Positions 27,446 to 40,150 of a stretch of DNA of 64,000 nucleotides are shown piece by piece; the first letter of the stretch is position 1; every line of letters starts with the position of its first letter. The DNA comes from Octopus vulgaris (taxonomy: Eukaryota). The stretch covers positions 99,572,001 through 99,636,000 of the forward strand of contig OX597816.1 of the NCBI GenBank assembly GCA_951406725.2, given 5' to 3'. A model generated the notes under the pieces. It was given only the letters and a program-made list of their open reading frames with translations, did not search any database and was not told the origin of the DNA. Position numbers and translations under genes: made by a program.

Positions 27446-27949
27446 TATATATATTTTTTCATACATATATTTATATCTATATACATACATACACACACAT
27501 CTCATATGCCTACTCCACACCTTATTTCTCTTTTGACCTAGCTGCTGCTGTTGTTATTCAGTCCCAAGTCAATACTAATCAAGCTGATCTATCATGAAAG
27601 GTTTTCTAACTGTGACCATCCTATTTTCATGGATGTATGTAAGACTATATTTTCTAATGTGTCATTTCATTATTTTATTAGATGGGATGTAATTTTGAGG
27701 AAGCTGTGTCCACTCAATGTAGCAGATCAAGCAAGTGGTGTGACATAGATGCAGGCAAAGCTTTGTGATCAAGAAGTTTGCTTTACAATTGTTTTCTAGG
27801 TTCAATACCTCTGCATGGTGCCTTGAGTCAGAGCTGCTTTAATAGTATTATAGTACAGAACAGTTAATCATCACTTGTGAGCAAAAATGTTTTGCTAACA
27901 TGTACTATGCTTTTGCTAATAATTATTAGAGAGAGAGAGACCCTCTTGA

Positions 27950-28156
27950 CCTCAGCACCCAGAATAGCAGCATACCCAGTGTGTGAACTAGAGGAAGACT
28001 GAATTGCATCAGCAATCAGCTAATATTCATTCCAGCTGAGTAAACTGGGACAGCATAAAATGAAGTGACTTCCTCAAGATGTGTTACCCAATCCAGGACT
28101 TGAACCCATGACCTTATGATCATGCAACAAACACCCAGACTATTAGGTTACACATG
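27950..28156 (-). mobile_element. CORE-type (MIR-like) tRNA SINE remnant
   Basis: Plus strand shows aaatgaagtgacttcctcaag...ggacttgaaccc, the reverse complement of a B box plus CORE-like segment. Confidence 0.55.
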
Positions 28157-29932
28157 TTAGACTACTGGGCAAAGCAATGCACTAAGGTTCTTACATACAC
28201 ATTCACAACATACACAGTTTAGTCTTGGATCCCCAGATCCATGAGCATCCAGAAACGGTTCAGTGTACCTCTACCTTAAGACAACACTATTTGGAGGAAA
28301 CCTCTTCTAATGTAGGCAAGAACATAGCTGATGAAGTAGCTTAAGGTATTTTAATTAATATTATAGCTTTGTTAATGAGAACAATCATTATCTAATAACT
28401 AATTCTTATAAAAGAAGCAAAACTTTAATAACAAAAATCAATTGAGCATAGAATACAAGACAGGCATCAATGTTCATTCATGAAGTAGTGCCACTTAAAG
28501 TTCTAAAATCTAACAATCATCTTTAGGTTTGGCTTTATGATGAGGTCTAATACTATTGAAGCATGTCTGGAGTTGTTCCCATGCTACTAAAGATCAAACA
28601 CACTCCCTACACCTCGTTCTGTATTTTATTCATTTTAATTAATAATAATTTGGGATTGCCTTCCTTTAATTGAATTAGTCATTTAGAAAATGATCATTCT
28701 CATTATTAAGATTGTACTTTTAAATAATTAACCACTAGTGCTCTTATTACACTATTCAGTTTTTATGCTGCTTATGGGTGTGCTGCTATGCCTTGAATGC
28801 TGAGGCCAAGAGAGTCTCTTTACCTGTTTGTAACTAACAATTATTCGACTAATAATAATTAGCAAAAGCATAGTGCATGTTAAGAGGCATTCCTAGATAT
28901 TTTTCCAATATGTTTTTTAGCATATTGTACAACTCTGTGTTTAGTCACACAAAATGCTGTATATCTCTAGTTGTTCTAGAATTTACTAGTCACACTAAGA
29001 CCAAGCTTTGGTTATTAGGTCTAAGAAAACCAAAACATCTCTGGAGCTTTCATTATACTGCTGACAATGGAAATCCTTCTTCATTGCATTCACTAATTAT
29101 CAGTTTCTTTTGCTGTTAATAGAATTATTCTTCTATCACTATATATTGACTAATGTCTTATGAAATGAAATTTGGCAAGTGGAAACTGTGCTGAGTCATC
29201 CCATGTTGTCCTTTATATTGTTTACTGTATTTACTCAATGTATGTATGTATGTATGTATGTATGCATGCATGTAGGCATGTATGTATGCATGCATGTAGG
29301 TATGTATGTATGTATGCATGTAGGCATGTATGTATGTATGTATGTATGTATGTATGTATGTATGTATGTGTGTGTATATGTATTTTCTGGTGTGTTTTAT
29401 TATTGTGTTTATGTTTACTGGTGTTAACTTACGCATCAGGTGTCATCAATTTATGTCAAATTTATCTCAAACAGGTAACTTAGTCAATCAATAAAATTGG
29501 ATGTGATAAAAAAAAAAAGCACAAGTCTGAAATCAGTATGGTTAATGTGATCAGCACAACACTCTTGAAGATAGGGCCCCAGTATGGCCACAGTTCAATG
29601 ATAAACAATGTGGTAGCTTTCATAGACTGGCTTTATAGGTCTGAGGATCAGCACAGAATTTGTAAATTTTACAATGCCTATTTAGAAGTACCTAGGTTTT
29701 GTGATCCAATGTATTGAAATTGAAACCTGTAATTTTGATAATATTCTGTCTGAGATGTAGTACTGTTATAGTGTAAAACATTTCTCTCATCAGCCTATTT
29801 AGTTAAATCTATATATTAATGGCAGAAACAAATATAAAACCATATCAGGATCCACATGCCAGTTTGCAATAAAATTTAATCTTCTTTGAGAATCATCACT
29901 TTTTGCATTTCAAAAATGCTAAGAAAGTTTCA

Positions 29933-30340
29933 GGTGCAGGAGTGGCTGTGTGGTAAGTAGCTTGCTTACCAGCCACATGGTTCTGAGTTCATTCCCACTG
30001 TGTGGCACCTTAGGCAGGTGTCTTCTACTATTGCCTCGGGCCGACCAAAGCCTTGTGAGTGGATTTGGTAGACGGAAACTGAAAGAAGCCTGTCATATAT
30101 ATGTATATGCATATATATGTGTGTGTGTGTTTGTATGTCTGTGTTTGTCTCCCCAACATTGCTTGACAACTGATGCTGGTGTGTTTACATCCCTGTAACT
30201 TAGCGGTTCGACAAAAGAGACCAGTAGAATAAGTACTAGGCTTACAAAGAAAAGTCCTGGAGTTGATTTGCTCGACTAAAGGTGATGCTCCAATATGGCC
30301 ACAGTCAAATGACTGAAACAAGTAAAAGAGTAAAAGAGTA
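29933..30340 (+). mobile_element. SINE family A
   Basis: Full-length match to 6198-6590 from head GGTGCAGGAGTGGCTGTGTGG to tail AAGTAAAAGAGTAAAAGAG. Confidence 0.9.
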
Positions 30341-30466
30341 TATTCTAGAGATTCTTCCTTTCTAGACAATAAAGTGAGCCAAATTGAAGGTTAGAATAGT
30401 CAAACATACAACTGACATTTAGCAGTATTTGCTGTTAATGTTTAGAATTTATCAGTGTTATTAATG

Positions 30467-32004
30467 TCATCATCATCATCATCGTTTAACGTCCGTTCTC
30501 CATGCTAGCATGGGTTGGACGGTTCAACCAGGGATCTGGGAAGCCAGAAGGCTGCACCAGGCTCCAGTCTGATCTGGCAGTGTTTCTACAGCTGGATGCC
30601 CTTCCTAATGCCAACCATTCTGTGAGTGTAGTGAGTGCTTTTTACGTGCCACCTGCACAGGTGCCAGGCGAGGCTGGCAACAGCCACGATTCGGATAGTG
30701 CTTTTTATGTGCCACCGGCACGGAAGCCAGTCTAGGCGGCACTGGCATCAGCCACCTTCAGATGGTGCTGTTTACATGCTACTGGCTCAGGGATCACAAC
30801 TGCAGTTTCCATTGATTTTGATGTCGATGTAGTTGACTCAATGGATCTCCTCAAGCACAGGGTCGAAATGGTGTTTCTTCAGTTGCCACCTGCACAGGAG
30901 TCAGTCCAGCGGTCCTGGCAACTGCTGGGTGCCAGTCATAGGATTGGTTCAATTTCGATAACGATTTCGATTTCACTTGCCCCAACAGGTCTTCGCAAGC
31001 AGAGTTTTGTGTCCAATGAAGAGAGGTTGGCATGGGTGCCTGTCGTCGGATGAGGTTCGATTTCGACTTCGCTTGCCTCAACAGGTCACTGGTCATTGCC
31101 TCGGTGAGGCCTAAAGTTCGATGGTCGTGCTTCACCACCTCGTCCCAGGTTTTCCTGGGTCTACCTCTTCCACGGGTTCCCTCAACAGCTAGGGATTGGC
31201 ACTTTTTCACACACCTATCTTCATCCATTCTCACCACATGACCATACCAGCGCAATCGTCTGTCTTGCACACCACAGCTGATGTTTCTTAGATCCAACAT
31301 TTCTCTCAAGGTACTAACGCTCTGTCGAGTATGCACACTGACATTACACATCCATCAGAGCATACTGGCTTCATTCCTCACGAGCTCATGCATGTCCTCA
31401 GCAGTCATGGCCCATGTTTCACTGCCATGTAGCATGGCTGTTTGTACACATGCATCATATAGTCTGCCTTTTACTCCGAGCGAGAGGCCTTTAGTCACCA
31501 GCAGAGGTAAGAGCTCCCTAAACTTTGCCCAGGCTATTCTTACTCTAGCAGTTACACTTTCAGTGCACCCACCCCCACTACTGACTTGGTCACCTAGATG
31601 ACGGAAGCTATCAACTACTTCTAGTTTTTCCACCTAAAAAGTGACGGAAGTTGTTTTCTGCAGATTTTCAGAGTTTATTGCTCCTGAGCATCTGCCACAT
31701 ACAAAAACTATCTTCCCAGTTAGCCTTCCTTTGACATTGCTGCACCTCTTATGTGTCCATAGCTTACACTGGGTACATCTTATAGAGTTTCTACCTACAC
31801 CTTTTCTACAGATCGAGCAGGGCCATCTACCTGAAGACATTTGTGTTTTGTCTACCTTCCTACTTATTAGTACTTTGGTTTTAGCTAGGCTGACTCTAAG
31901 GCCCCTCAATTCTAATCCCTCCTTCCACACCTGGAACTTCTCCTCCAGTTCTGATAGTGACTCAGCAATTAGAGCAAGGTCGTCAGCATAGAAGGTCGTC
32001 AGCA
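30467..32004 (-). mobile_element. Young 5'-truncated RTE-clade LINE: RT C-terminal half, PHD-like finger, 3' UTR, (GAT)n tail
   Basis: One frame with two nonsense codons: YADDLALIAES..KTKVL..WPCSICRKGVGRNSIRCTQCKLWTHKRCS..FVCGRC..F.HLGD..ARVRIAWAKFREL..LYDACVQTAMLHGSETW..RRLRWYGHVVRM..RGRGRPRKTW. Confidence 0.95.
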
Positions 32005-33565
32005 AAAAAAAACCCTGCAAATCTATTGACTAATCCACATTATTATCAGTTATACCATTAGTTATACCAACACTATGTTGTTTAATAATTAATGGCAAAG
32101 CTGAAAGGATTTTTGAACATCATCTCTCTCCTTTCTACATTTTAGTTAAGATTGATGTAGACATATTAAATGTTCAGCATTATAACATCTTCAATATCAT
32201 CACTATCATCATCATCAATATCTAATATTATCATCATATTCGCTATCAACATCATTATCATCATTATTTTAACATCTGTTTCCTGTGATGGTGTAAGTCA
32301 CATGGGCAGCTACATAGCATATTGCCACATGTTTCAATATTTTGCCTGTAAATCCCAATATCCTGATACTACTACCTGTTCCAATATGTTCCAATATGTT
32401 TTTCCATCTTGCTTTGTCACATCATCCATTCTAAAGCAGTCATCTCTCCTCCATCCATTGCCTCATGCCTTTAATATACATTCACCCCCTCAGCTCAGTT
32501 GTATTTTGCTCTTTATATAAGTTAAAACTGTATCCTAAATAAGTCAAACATGATTGATTTCTCTTCAGCCTCTGCTGTTCCTCTGCACTTAGCATCCATA
32601 TCTCATTATCAATTAGCATCACATCATAGAATCTGGTTTTCTCATGGAGAAGAAATTACTTTGATTCCACAGAGATAATAGTTCTTTTGACTTCCTCCCA
32701 CCTTTCTAACTCTATTACGCTATCTCTAGAACTATGTCTAACATTAATTATATAAACTTAAGAAAACAGAATTGAAATATCTATCAGCTAATTACATAGT
32801 ATAGTTTAATATGTGTATAACAGCAAGTTGGGAGAAACATTACCTAATTCCAGATGAAATCTCTTACAAGATTTAGTTTTCTTCCTCTGCACATTGAATT
32901 CAAATCTCACTTGTACCAGTTCTGAAATTTATTCAGCTAGTATTGTCAAAATAATACCAGTAATATATCAAGTTTGATCCAAATGAATCTTTTAACAAGT
33001 AAATTTTTCATGGTGTGCACCTAGTGGAGAAGGCTTGTGAGTGATGAGTTTATCATATAACCGACTGTTGTGCACTAATCATTGCAAGTAGTAACCAGAA
33101 CTGGAGTCTGGTTCCAATGGCAAGATAAGTTGAGGTGATAGAATTGTGTTGCCAGAATAAGATTAAAAATAAGAAATGACTTTTCCAGCCCACAAAAGGT
33201 TTTACTGAAGTAACACCAACTAATCCCTTATCAGTACAGTTACCTTCAGAAATAGCAAATTCTTCCTGTTGTATGATACCTATGCTCAGTTAGGACTGAC
33301 AGTCATGAACAGGATATAAACCACTAACTGCTTCTCAGGTTTTCTGTTCACTATAAAATCCCCTATCCTCCCTTTCTATAAACCTGTCCTTCACAGACAC
33401 TAAGAAAAAATCACAATTCTTATATGACATAGGAAATTTTTTTTTTCCAATAAAATGTTCTTAGTTTTCTCCAGTCATATTTTCTTTGTATTATTGTTAG
33501 AATATTAATGAATTGTATTTGCTTTGCTAAGCTGCACATACAGATTCTGTTATACTCAAATAATG

Positions 33566-33596
<31 letters not shown>

Positions 33597-35729
33597 CTCC
33601 CTCTCAGATCTGCCGAATTGCATAATTCAAGCAATTAATTTGGCATAAATCAGACGCTGAAAGTTGTCAAAAATCAGTTTGTTCACTTTGAGTGTAATGT
33701 GTGAAAAGCTGTGCTAAAATACCTAAGGCCTGTAGTAAAAACTCAAAGTAGTGTAAACAGAGCTTTAAATAGATGCTAGCTAATTTCAGTGATCTCCACT
33801 CATGCAGCATACTTATATTATAACAGCTCTTACTATTCCTTTTATCTTTTTCCTCTGGCTTTCCATGTATAATTTATAACTTTCTTATCTGTTTGTCTTC
33901 TCTCAATCTAGTTTTGTCTTGCACTCAGTGTTCTGTTGATTTATGGACAGAAGAATCAGTGGAATGCACACATTAGACAATAGCCTTATTTCAATACAAT
34001 CTGGCTTAGTTAGTAAATTCTTTACCAAAAATATCAAAATAACTACTGCTTTCTTCTCATCTCTAATTTCTGTTAATAATTGTCTAAAAATAACAAATGT
34101 ATCCCTTTACATGCAACACATCTATGGCAATTGTAAACAAAGAGGGTTTTAAAACAACCTTATTCTGTTCATAGCTTGGAGACAAAGGAGCCTTTCATTT
34201 AGAAGGAAGTATCATTAAAGAGATGAAATTCATGCCATTATTCTTGATAATTGCTCATACACATAGCAATAGAAAATTCTAGAATCTTGTTATACTGGGA
34301 AGAATTCTGCTGCTGCTACTGCAGGAGTGTCCACTTGAAATAGGAGAGGATTCGACAGACAAGGATTTTTTTTCTTATTTTTAATTCTACATGAGGTGTA
34401 ACACACTAATCCAATAATAAATCACCTGATGTTAGTTACAGCTGTGGTATTATTTTTTTTTTTTTATTTTATATCACTTTTGTGAATACCATTGTTGATT
34501 ACAAGTTTCCAGTGGACAAAACACTAGTTCCTTACATTTACAATAGTGATAATAATAAAAGATTGTCTGTTTAGCTCAGGCAGAACAAATACTATGTGAC
34601 ATCATTTAAATTTGCCAGTTCATAGATTCTCTGATCAATGGTTGCATCCTTCACTGATATACACATACATACACAGTAGAATTCTGTACAGGTTCCATTT
34701 ACTAAATTCCTCTTACAAAGAATTGGTCAATCTAAAATTATAGTAGAAGATATTTGTCCTAGAGTGCTTTGCATTGGAATCAAACCTAGAATACAGAATT
34801 GCCAATCAAGCATAAGCACAAAATTATAAATTGTGTTCAAGAACACAGTTGATTAATTTGATCCCATCTATATATCACATGTATTTTATACCATCCATAA
34901 GGATGAAAACAGAATTGAGCCAGGTGGGGTTTGAACATAGATTGCAAAGGGACATAACTAAATACACTAATAGCAGCTTGACTTTTCTAATCCACCATGT
35001 TTATAATATTGAGTAGAATGCTATGTTCTATTCCCACCAAGTATGCTTCTAGTAATAAGAAAAGAATTGTTGAATGAAGAGATGCTTAGGCAATTATAGT
35101 TCAAGCAGAAGTAAGTAAGATGGAACAAGGACTAACTGACAACAAATTGATGTAGATGTTTAGCCCAAGGCTGACTGAGTAGACCTATCATTTGTTACTA
35201 CAATGAACATTCTGTCTCTTGTGGAAGAATTAGAAATATTATACAGCTCCATAAAATTTCTAGATTATTTGCAATATTTTTCTTTTGTTGACAAAACAAT
35301 AAGTCACATGATCCAATGAGGGAGCCTACATGTGGTCATTTAACCAGCTAAAAGTAGCAGCTATATTCCTTGAGAATTATAAAACAGGCAGCGTGCTTTA
35401 AGATATACATCAAAGGGAAAATGAGATACTCAAGGCTGAAATGCTTTGAATCAGAGGTTTGTTTCATTAGGGCTGAATCAAGATTAATGAACATCATAAA
35501 TAAGTTGAGTCACATGTTAACACCAAAACTAGATGTCTGAAATCATAAACCTAGTGTTTAACATGATGTTTAGTGTTTGTAATAAAAGAAGAAATATTGT
35601 CTCTTAGCTCCTAAAGGGATTTTTGGAGTTTAGTTTTGGATGTTTAGGCCCAATCTTGTATCATTAAACAAATAAGAATAAAAATTAAATTAACATTCAA
35701 ATAAACCACTGTTCTATTGCATATTGTTC

Positions 35730-35925
35730 TGGTTTAGTTCTGGGTCAGTTTTGATCAAACAGATCTATAATCAAAGACATTCCAACTGTGATCATCCTAT
35801 ATTTTTATATATTTAGTACTACCTTATATATCTTGCTTTTTTCAGAGAGTAAGATGTATTTGAAAGAGATTTGGCTACTATTTCTAGCAAGTCAAACAAT
35901 TTAATAGTGGCACCCTCGTTGGTTA
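35730..35925 (-). mobile_element. SINE-like repeat family C (gagatttggct.ctatttctagca core, AAC-rich tail)
   Basis: Shared core seen also at about 1690-1850 and 27540-27750, and in the opposite orientation at about 35310-35500, 16340-16560 and 59950-60070. Confidence 0.55.
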
Positions 35926-35974
35926 GTTTATTACAGTAACACTTTCAAATGATCTGGTACCTGTTTCTGAGGAA

Positions 35975-36330
35975 CTGCTGTAAATTCATCTCAGGTAATT
36001 ACATCACAGTGAATACATTGCCTGTAATTTCATCACCTGGTAATTAAATTGCAAGGTAATTACATTACAAGGCTACATATATTGTTGGTAAATTCATTCA
36101 GCATCAAGGTAAATACATCATTGGCAAATTCTTCAGAGTAAATACATCGTTAAACTTGAAAAAGGAAAATTCAAGAATTAAGTAATATTCAAATAGTATA
36201 TCAATCGTGCAGCAAATCCACATCACAAAGGGAAATAAAGATAGTGCTGTGAAGATGCAAGGTACTACGACTGATTGTCAAAATCGTGAAAATGGATAAT
36301 TTATGAGAGATTACTTGGAAATTTCTCTTT
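35975..36330 (+). repeat. Degenerate minisatellite of about 15 bp (GGTAA(A/T)T(A/T)CATC), possibly the subterminal array of a Mutator-like element
   Basis: About ten units visible at 35978-36152; the following sequence weakly resembles a MULE transposase C-terminus (RLIV...MRDYL). Confidence 0.5.
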
Positions 36331-36550
36331 TTAGAATATTTCTTCCAACATCCAATTTAAAATAGTGTTATCTTTTCACTGCATTATTTTGTGATTTTAC
36401 GTTTTAAGTTTTATTTTGTTTGATTATTCATGTATATATTGAGTAAATTTCTTATTAATAACATTTTATCTATGAATTTCTTTCTCATTCTTAATGAAAT
36501 GTGACATATTTACTTCCCAATAAAATCTTTAACTAATATTTAGCAATGTG

Positions 36551-36597
<47 letters not shown>

Positions 36598-36683
36598 GTA
36601 TGTATATGTGTGTATGTATATAAATATATATATATATATATACACATATGTACACTTATGCATATGTGCATGTATGTATATAT

Positions 36684-36928
36684 ATCATCATAATCATCAT
36701 CACCATCGTTTAACGTCCGCTTTCCATGCTAGCATGGGTTGGACGATTTGACTGAGGTCTGGTGAACCAGATGGCTGTTCCACCCTCCAATCTGATCTGG
36801 CAGAGTTTCTAACGCCAACCACTCCGAGAGTGTAGTGGGTGCTTTTATGTGCCACTGACACGAGGGCCAGTCAGGCAGTACTGGCAACAGCCATGCGCAA
36901 GCGGTGCTTTTTATGTGCCACCTGCACA
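36684..36928 (-). mobile_element. RTE LINE 3' terminal fragment
   Basis: catcatcaccatcgtttaacgtccgctttccatgctagcatgggttggacg, nearly identical to the 15397 and 30467 ends. Confidence 0.88.
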
Positions 36929-39556
36929 TAAAATTTTGAAAAATTTAACAATGATAAATAGCTGTCAATTATAAGGAATTTACCAGAATATAATTCCCCT
37001 GAGGGAACTTACAAGATACCATTTGTGAGTGCTGGGCAACCTAAACAATGGCGATATGGAATAAAATGTTCTATTCCAGAATATAATGAAACACTTTCAA
37101 CAGATTCAAACTCTTGATCTATAAACAGGAAGTTTAGCCAAGACATATTATTTAAAATATTAAAAATTACTCTAGCATTGTAAGCATAAAATCCCAATAT
37201 TAGCCATGTTCACTGAAAAAGAGTATTGTTTTTATTATGTGTTAACAGTGTATGGAAGACAAAACAAATGAGTGTTTGATCAAAATTTACATATTTATTA
37301 AAAGTATATGTGCAGCCATCCTATATATACCTAACTTGTGGTTACATATATTTATGAGTTAATTTCTCTTCAGTGGTTCAGGATGAGATTAAGCTTTGTA
37401 ATAAAGTAGGCTTGTGTTAACTTGAGTTCCATAAAAATTGCAATATGTCACCAAAATTCTTACTGCGTACCAAAATTATTGCTTTGAATCTCATTCAGGA
37501 TTTTACCAATGAAGACATTCACTACACACACACACACACACACATTCTGTCTACTAATTTGTTCTCTTTAAGTTTGAAGTTTAAAAAACATATTAAGAAA
37601 AATATTCTTAGATATAAGTTCAGGTTGATGTGCAATAAAATCCTGTCTTCTATGTAATATTAAGTTACAGTGATATATAATTATTTTCCTATAGCTGAGA
37701 AGAATATTTTAAAAAACCCAGTAAATTAAAGATAGTAAACATATAAATAAAATGTGCAGTATTTGAAAGTTTTGTAATATGTTCTCAGAAAAAGTAACCT
37801 GACTTTGTAAAAAAGTTTCTTTCTGCATCTACCAGCATCAACTAACTTCAGAGATCATACGGTTGTTTTTTCTTTATGCCAAGTAAAAAGATTTAAAGAA
37901 TAAATATTTAAATAAATTACTGCGGATTTCAATCAATTTATTTTAGCAGTAACTTTTTGGTAGTTTTTTTTCTTCTTGCTTTCATTCTGACTTTGGTGCC
38001 AGGGAATTTCTAAACAATATACATGCAGAAGTTATCAGTATATCAGTATCACAACTATAACGACTATGTGATAAAATTAATAGTCATAATAATTATTTCT
38101 AATTAGGCACAAGGCAAGTAACTTTGAGAGGAATGAATTAATTAATACCATCGATTCTAAGTACTTGACTGCTACTTTATTTTGTTAGCTCAAAAAAAGA
38201 TGAAAGGTAAAGTTGACCCATGTGTGATTAGAACCCGCAAAACAGGTCTTCCAAAGTTTTAATGGTTCTACCAATCCAACTACTCAGTAAATTAATGGAA
38301 ACACACACCAGTATAAATAAAGGGTACACCAGAAAAAAATATTTAGCTATTATTATATTCTTTTGAATTTGAAAGGCAAACAATAATGAAAAATGTGAAA
38401 AATAATCTTTAAAATTTTCGATACATTTTTTTTTGCTACTTCTAATCAAGCAGTAAAATGAATAAAATAAACTTTAGTATTCTTTATCAAAGAATCTAGA
38501 GAGAGGAAAGGGAAGAGAGCATCAGTTAATGTTAGAAGGGAATAATTGTTACTTTGCCAAGAGAAGTAGCTGTATTTGAAGTGTAGGTTAAATGTACAAC
38601 TATAAAGGAGACAAGTGTTCTGAAGTGAGAAAGTAAGGTGGAGGTGGGGGTAAAAACAGCAATTTCCTGTTGTTCTGTGTTAATATGTCAATCAGAACAA
38701 TATCATTCTATGCCCAGGGAATGAAAAGAGTTTCAGAAGGCCTGAATAAGGTTGGTATGAAGTTGTTGTTGTTTGGCCCCAAGTAGGATTTGATCAGCAG
38801 TGAATATTTTGTTGGCCCAACTGACTATATGTACTGTGAGGCACCCCTGTAATATTTTCAATAACTTTTCATGTAGTCTGCTGTATGCTGAAATATCTCC
38901 TGGTCATGAAGAGAAGATGCAGTCCTAGCTATGCTAAGAAAGTGATTATACCAGGAGAGGTCATCAGTGACAGTGGGGCCAAGCATTTTGAGTGTAAGAG
39001 CTCTAACTGAATGTCACACATGTTTGAGAGTTGAGGTGTAGTGGTGTTTTCTTGATGTGATTAGGGTTTGAGTTCTTTTGCCATTAAATGAAGTTCTCAT
39101 GGATATACTCGAGGGTGTTTCTGAGGTCTTTGCTTATAGAATCATACAAGTTTGGCATATGACGTGTATGATCAAGAAAAGGTAGAGAGGAGTGAAAGAT
39201 CATGGCATGTACATATTAGAGATATCATAAACCAAATTCCAGCCATAAAGTGACAACAAAATGGAAAGAAAATAAACGTGGTTCTCCAAAATAACATCAG
39301 TCCTACGACTCAAACCCTCAAAAAAATAAAAGAATAACATTCTGTTACAACAATCCTGGGACTGAAAATCTGACAAACAGATTGTATTGTGTGTGTGTGT
39401 GTGTGTATGTGCACGTGCATGCATGTATGTGTGTACATTTAAGTCACAATATACAGATTCAAGTATTCTGGTAGTACTCATAAAAAAGTTCTTTAATGTA
39501 TCATTCTATAAAACATGTTGAAGATATAGTATAATACAAGAGAAAACCATAAGGAA

Positions 39557-39920
39557 TATATAAAGTTATAAATGATGAGTGAAATACTATGACAAAATTT
39601 ATCTAACCATTGGAAAATTTCCATATCACAACAAACAAATTGTTTTGTAACTTAAAGTATGTAAAGATAATTTATTTTATAATATTTAATAATAAATGCA
39701 TTACTTAGATGTCTACATTAATGCAAATAATCCTGTAAAGCAATGCAGAAATTAAGCTATATCCTCAGGTGAAAGAAAAATCTTTGTTCAATACTAAATT
39801 CTTGCCATAATATTTCAGTATTTAAATAGAACATTAAAAGTTACAAAATAATTTGTTGAGATATAGAAATTTTCCAGTGGTTAAATAAATTTCATCATAC
39901 TATTTCTCTCATCATTTTTA

Positions 39921-39930
<10 letters not shown>
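39557..39930. repeat. Inverted repeat with arms of about 95 bp (39557-39655 / 39838-39930)
   Basis: tatataaagtta.aaatgatgag.gaaata.tatga..aaattta..taacca.tggaaaattt...ttttgtaactt and its reverse complement. Confidence 0.85.
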
Positions 39931-39951
<21 letters not shown>

Positions 39952-40007
39952 TAATTGAAGTGTCCAGTATTATATATCCATTTCAGCCAATCTTACCTTT
40001 AAGTATC

Positions 40008-40150
40008 ACACTAGGGGTTCAACGAAGTGTTAGGTAACAGTCTGATTATATAACTCTGTGCTCCTCAGAGATGGCAGTTATGGAATGAAATATGGAGCTC
40101 AGGGTTACATAATTGGACTACTACCTAACACTCCATTGAACCTTTAGTGT
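40008..40150. repeat. Fold-back hairpin with 57-bp arms
   Basis: acactaggggttcaacgaagtgttaggtaacagtctgattatataactctgtgctcc versus the reverse complement of 40094-40150. Confidence 0.88.
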
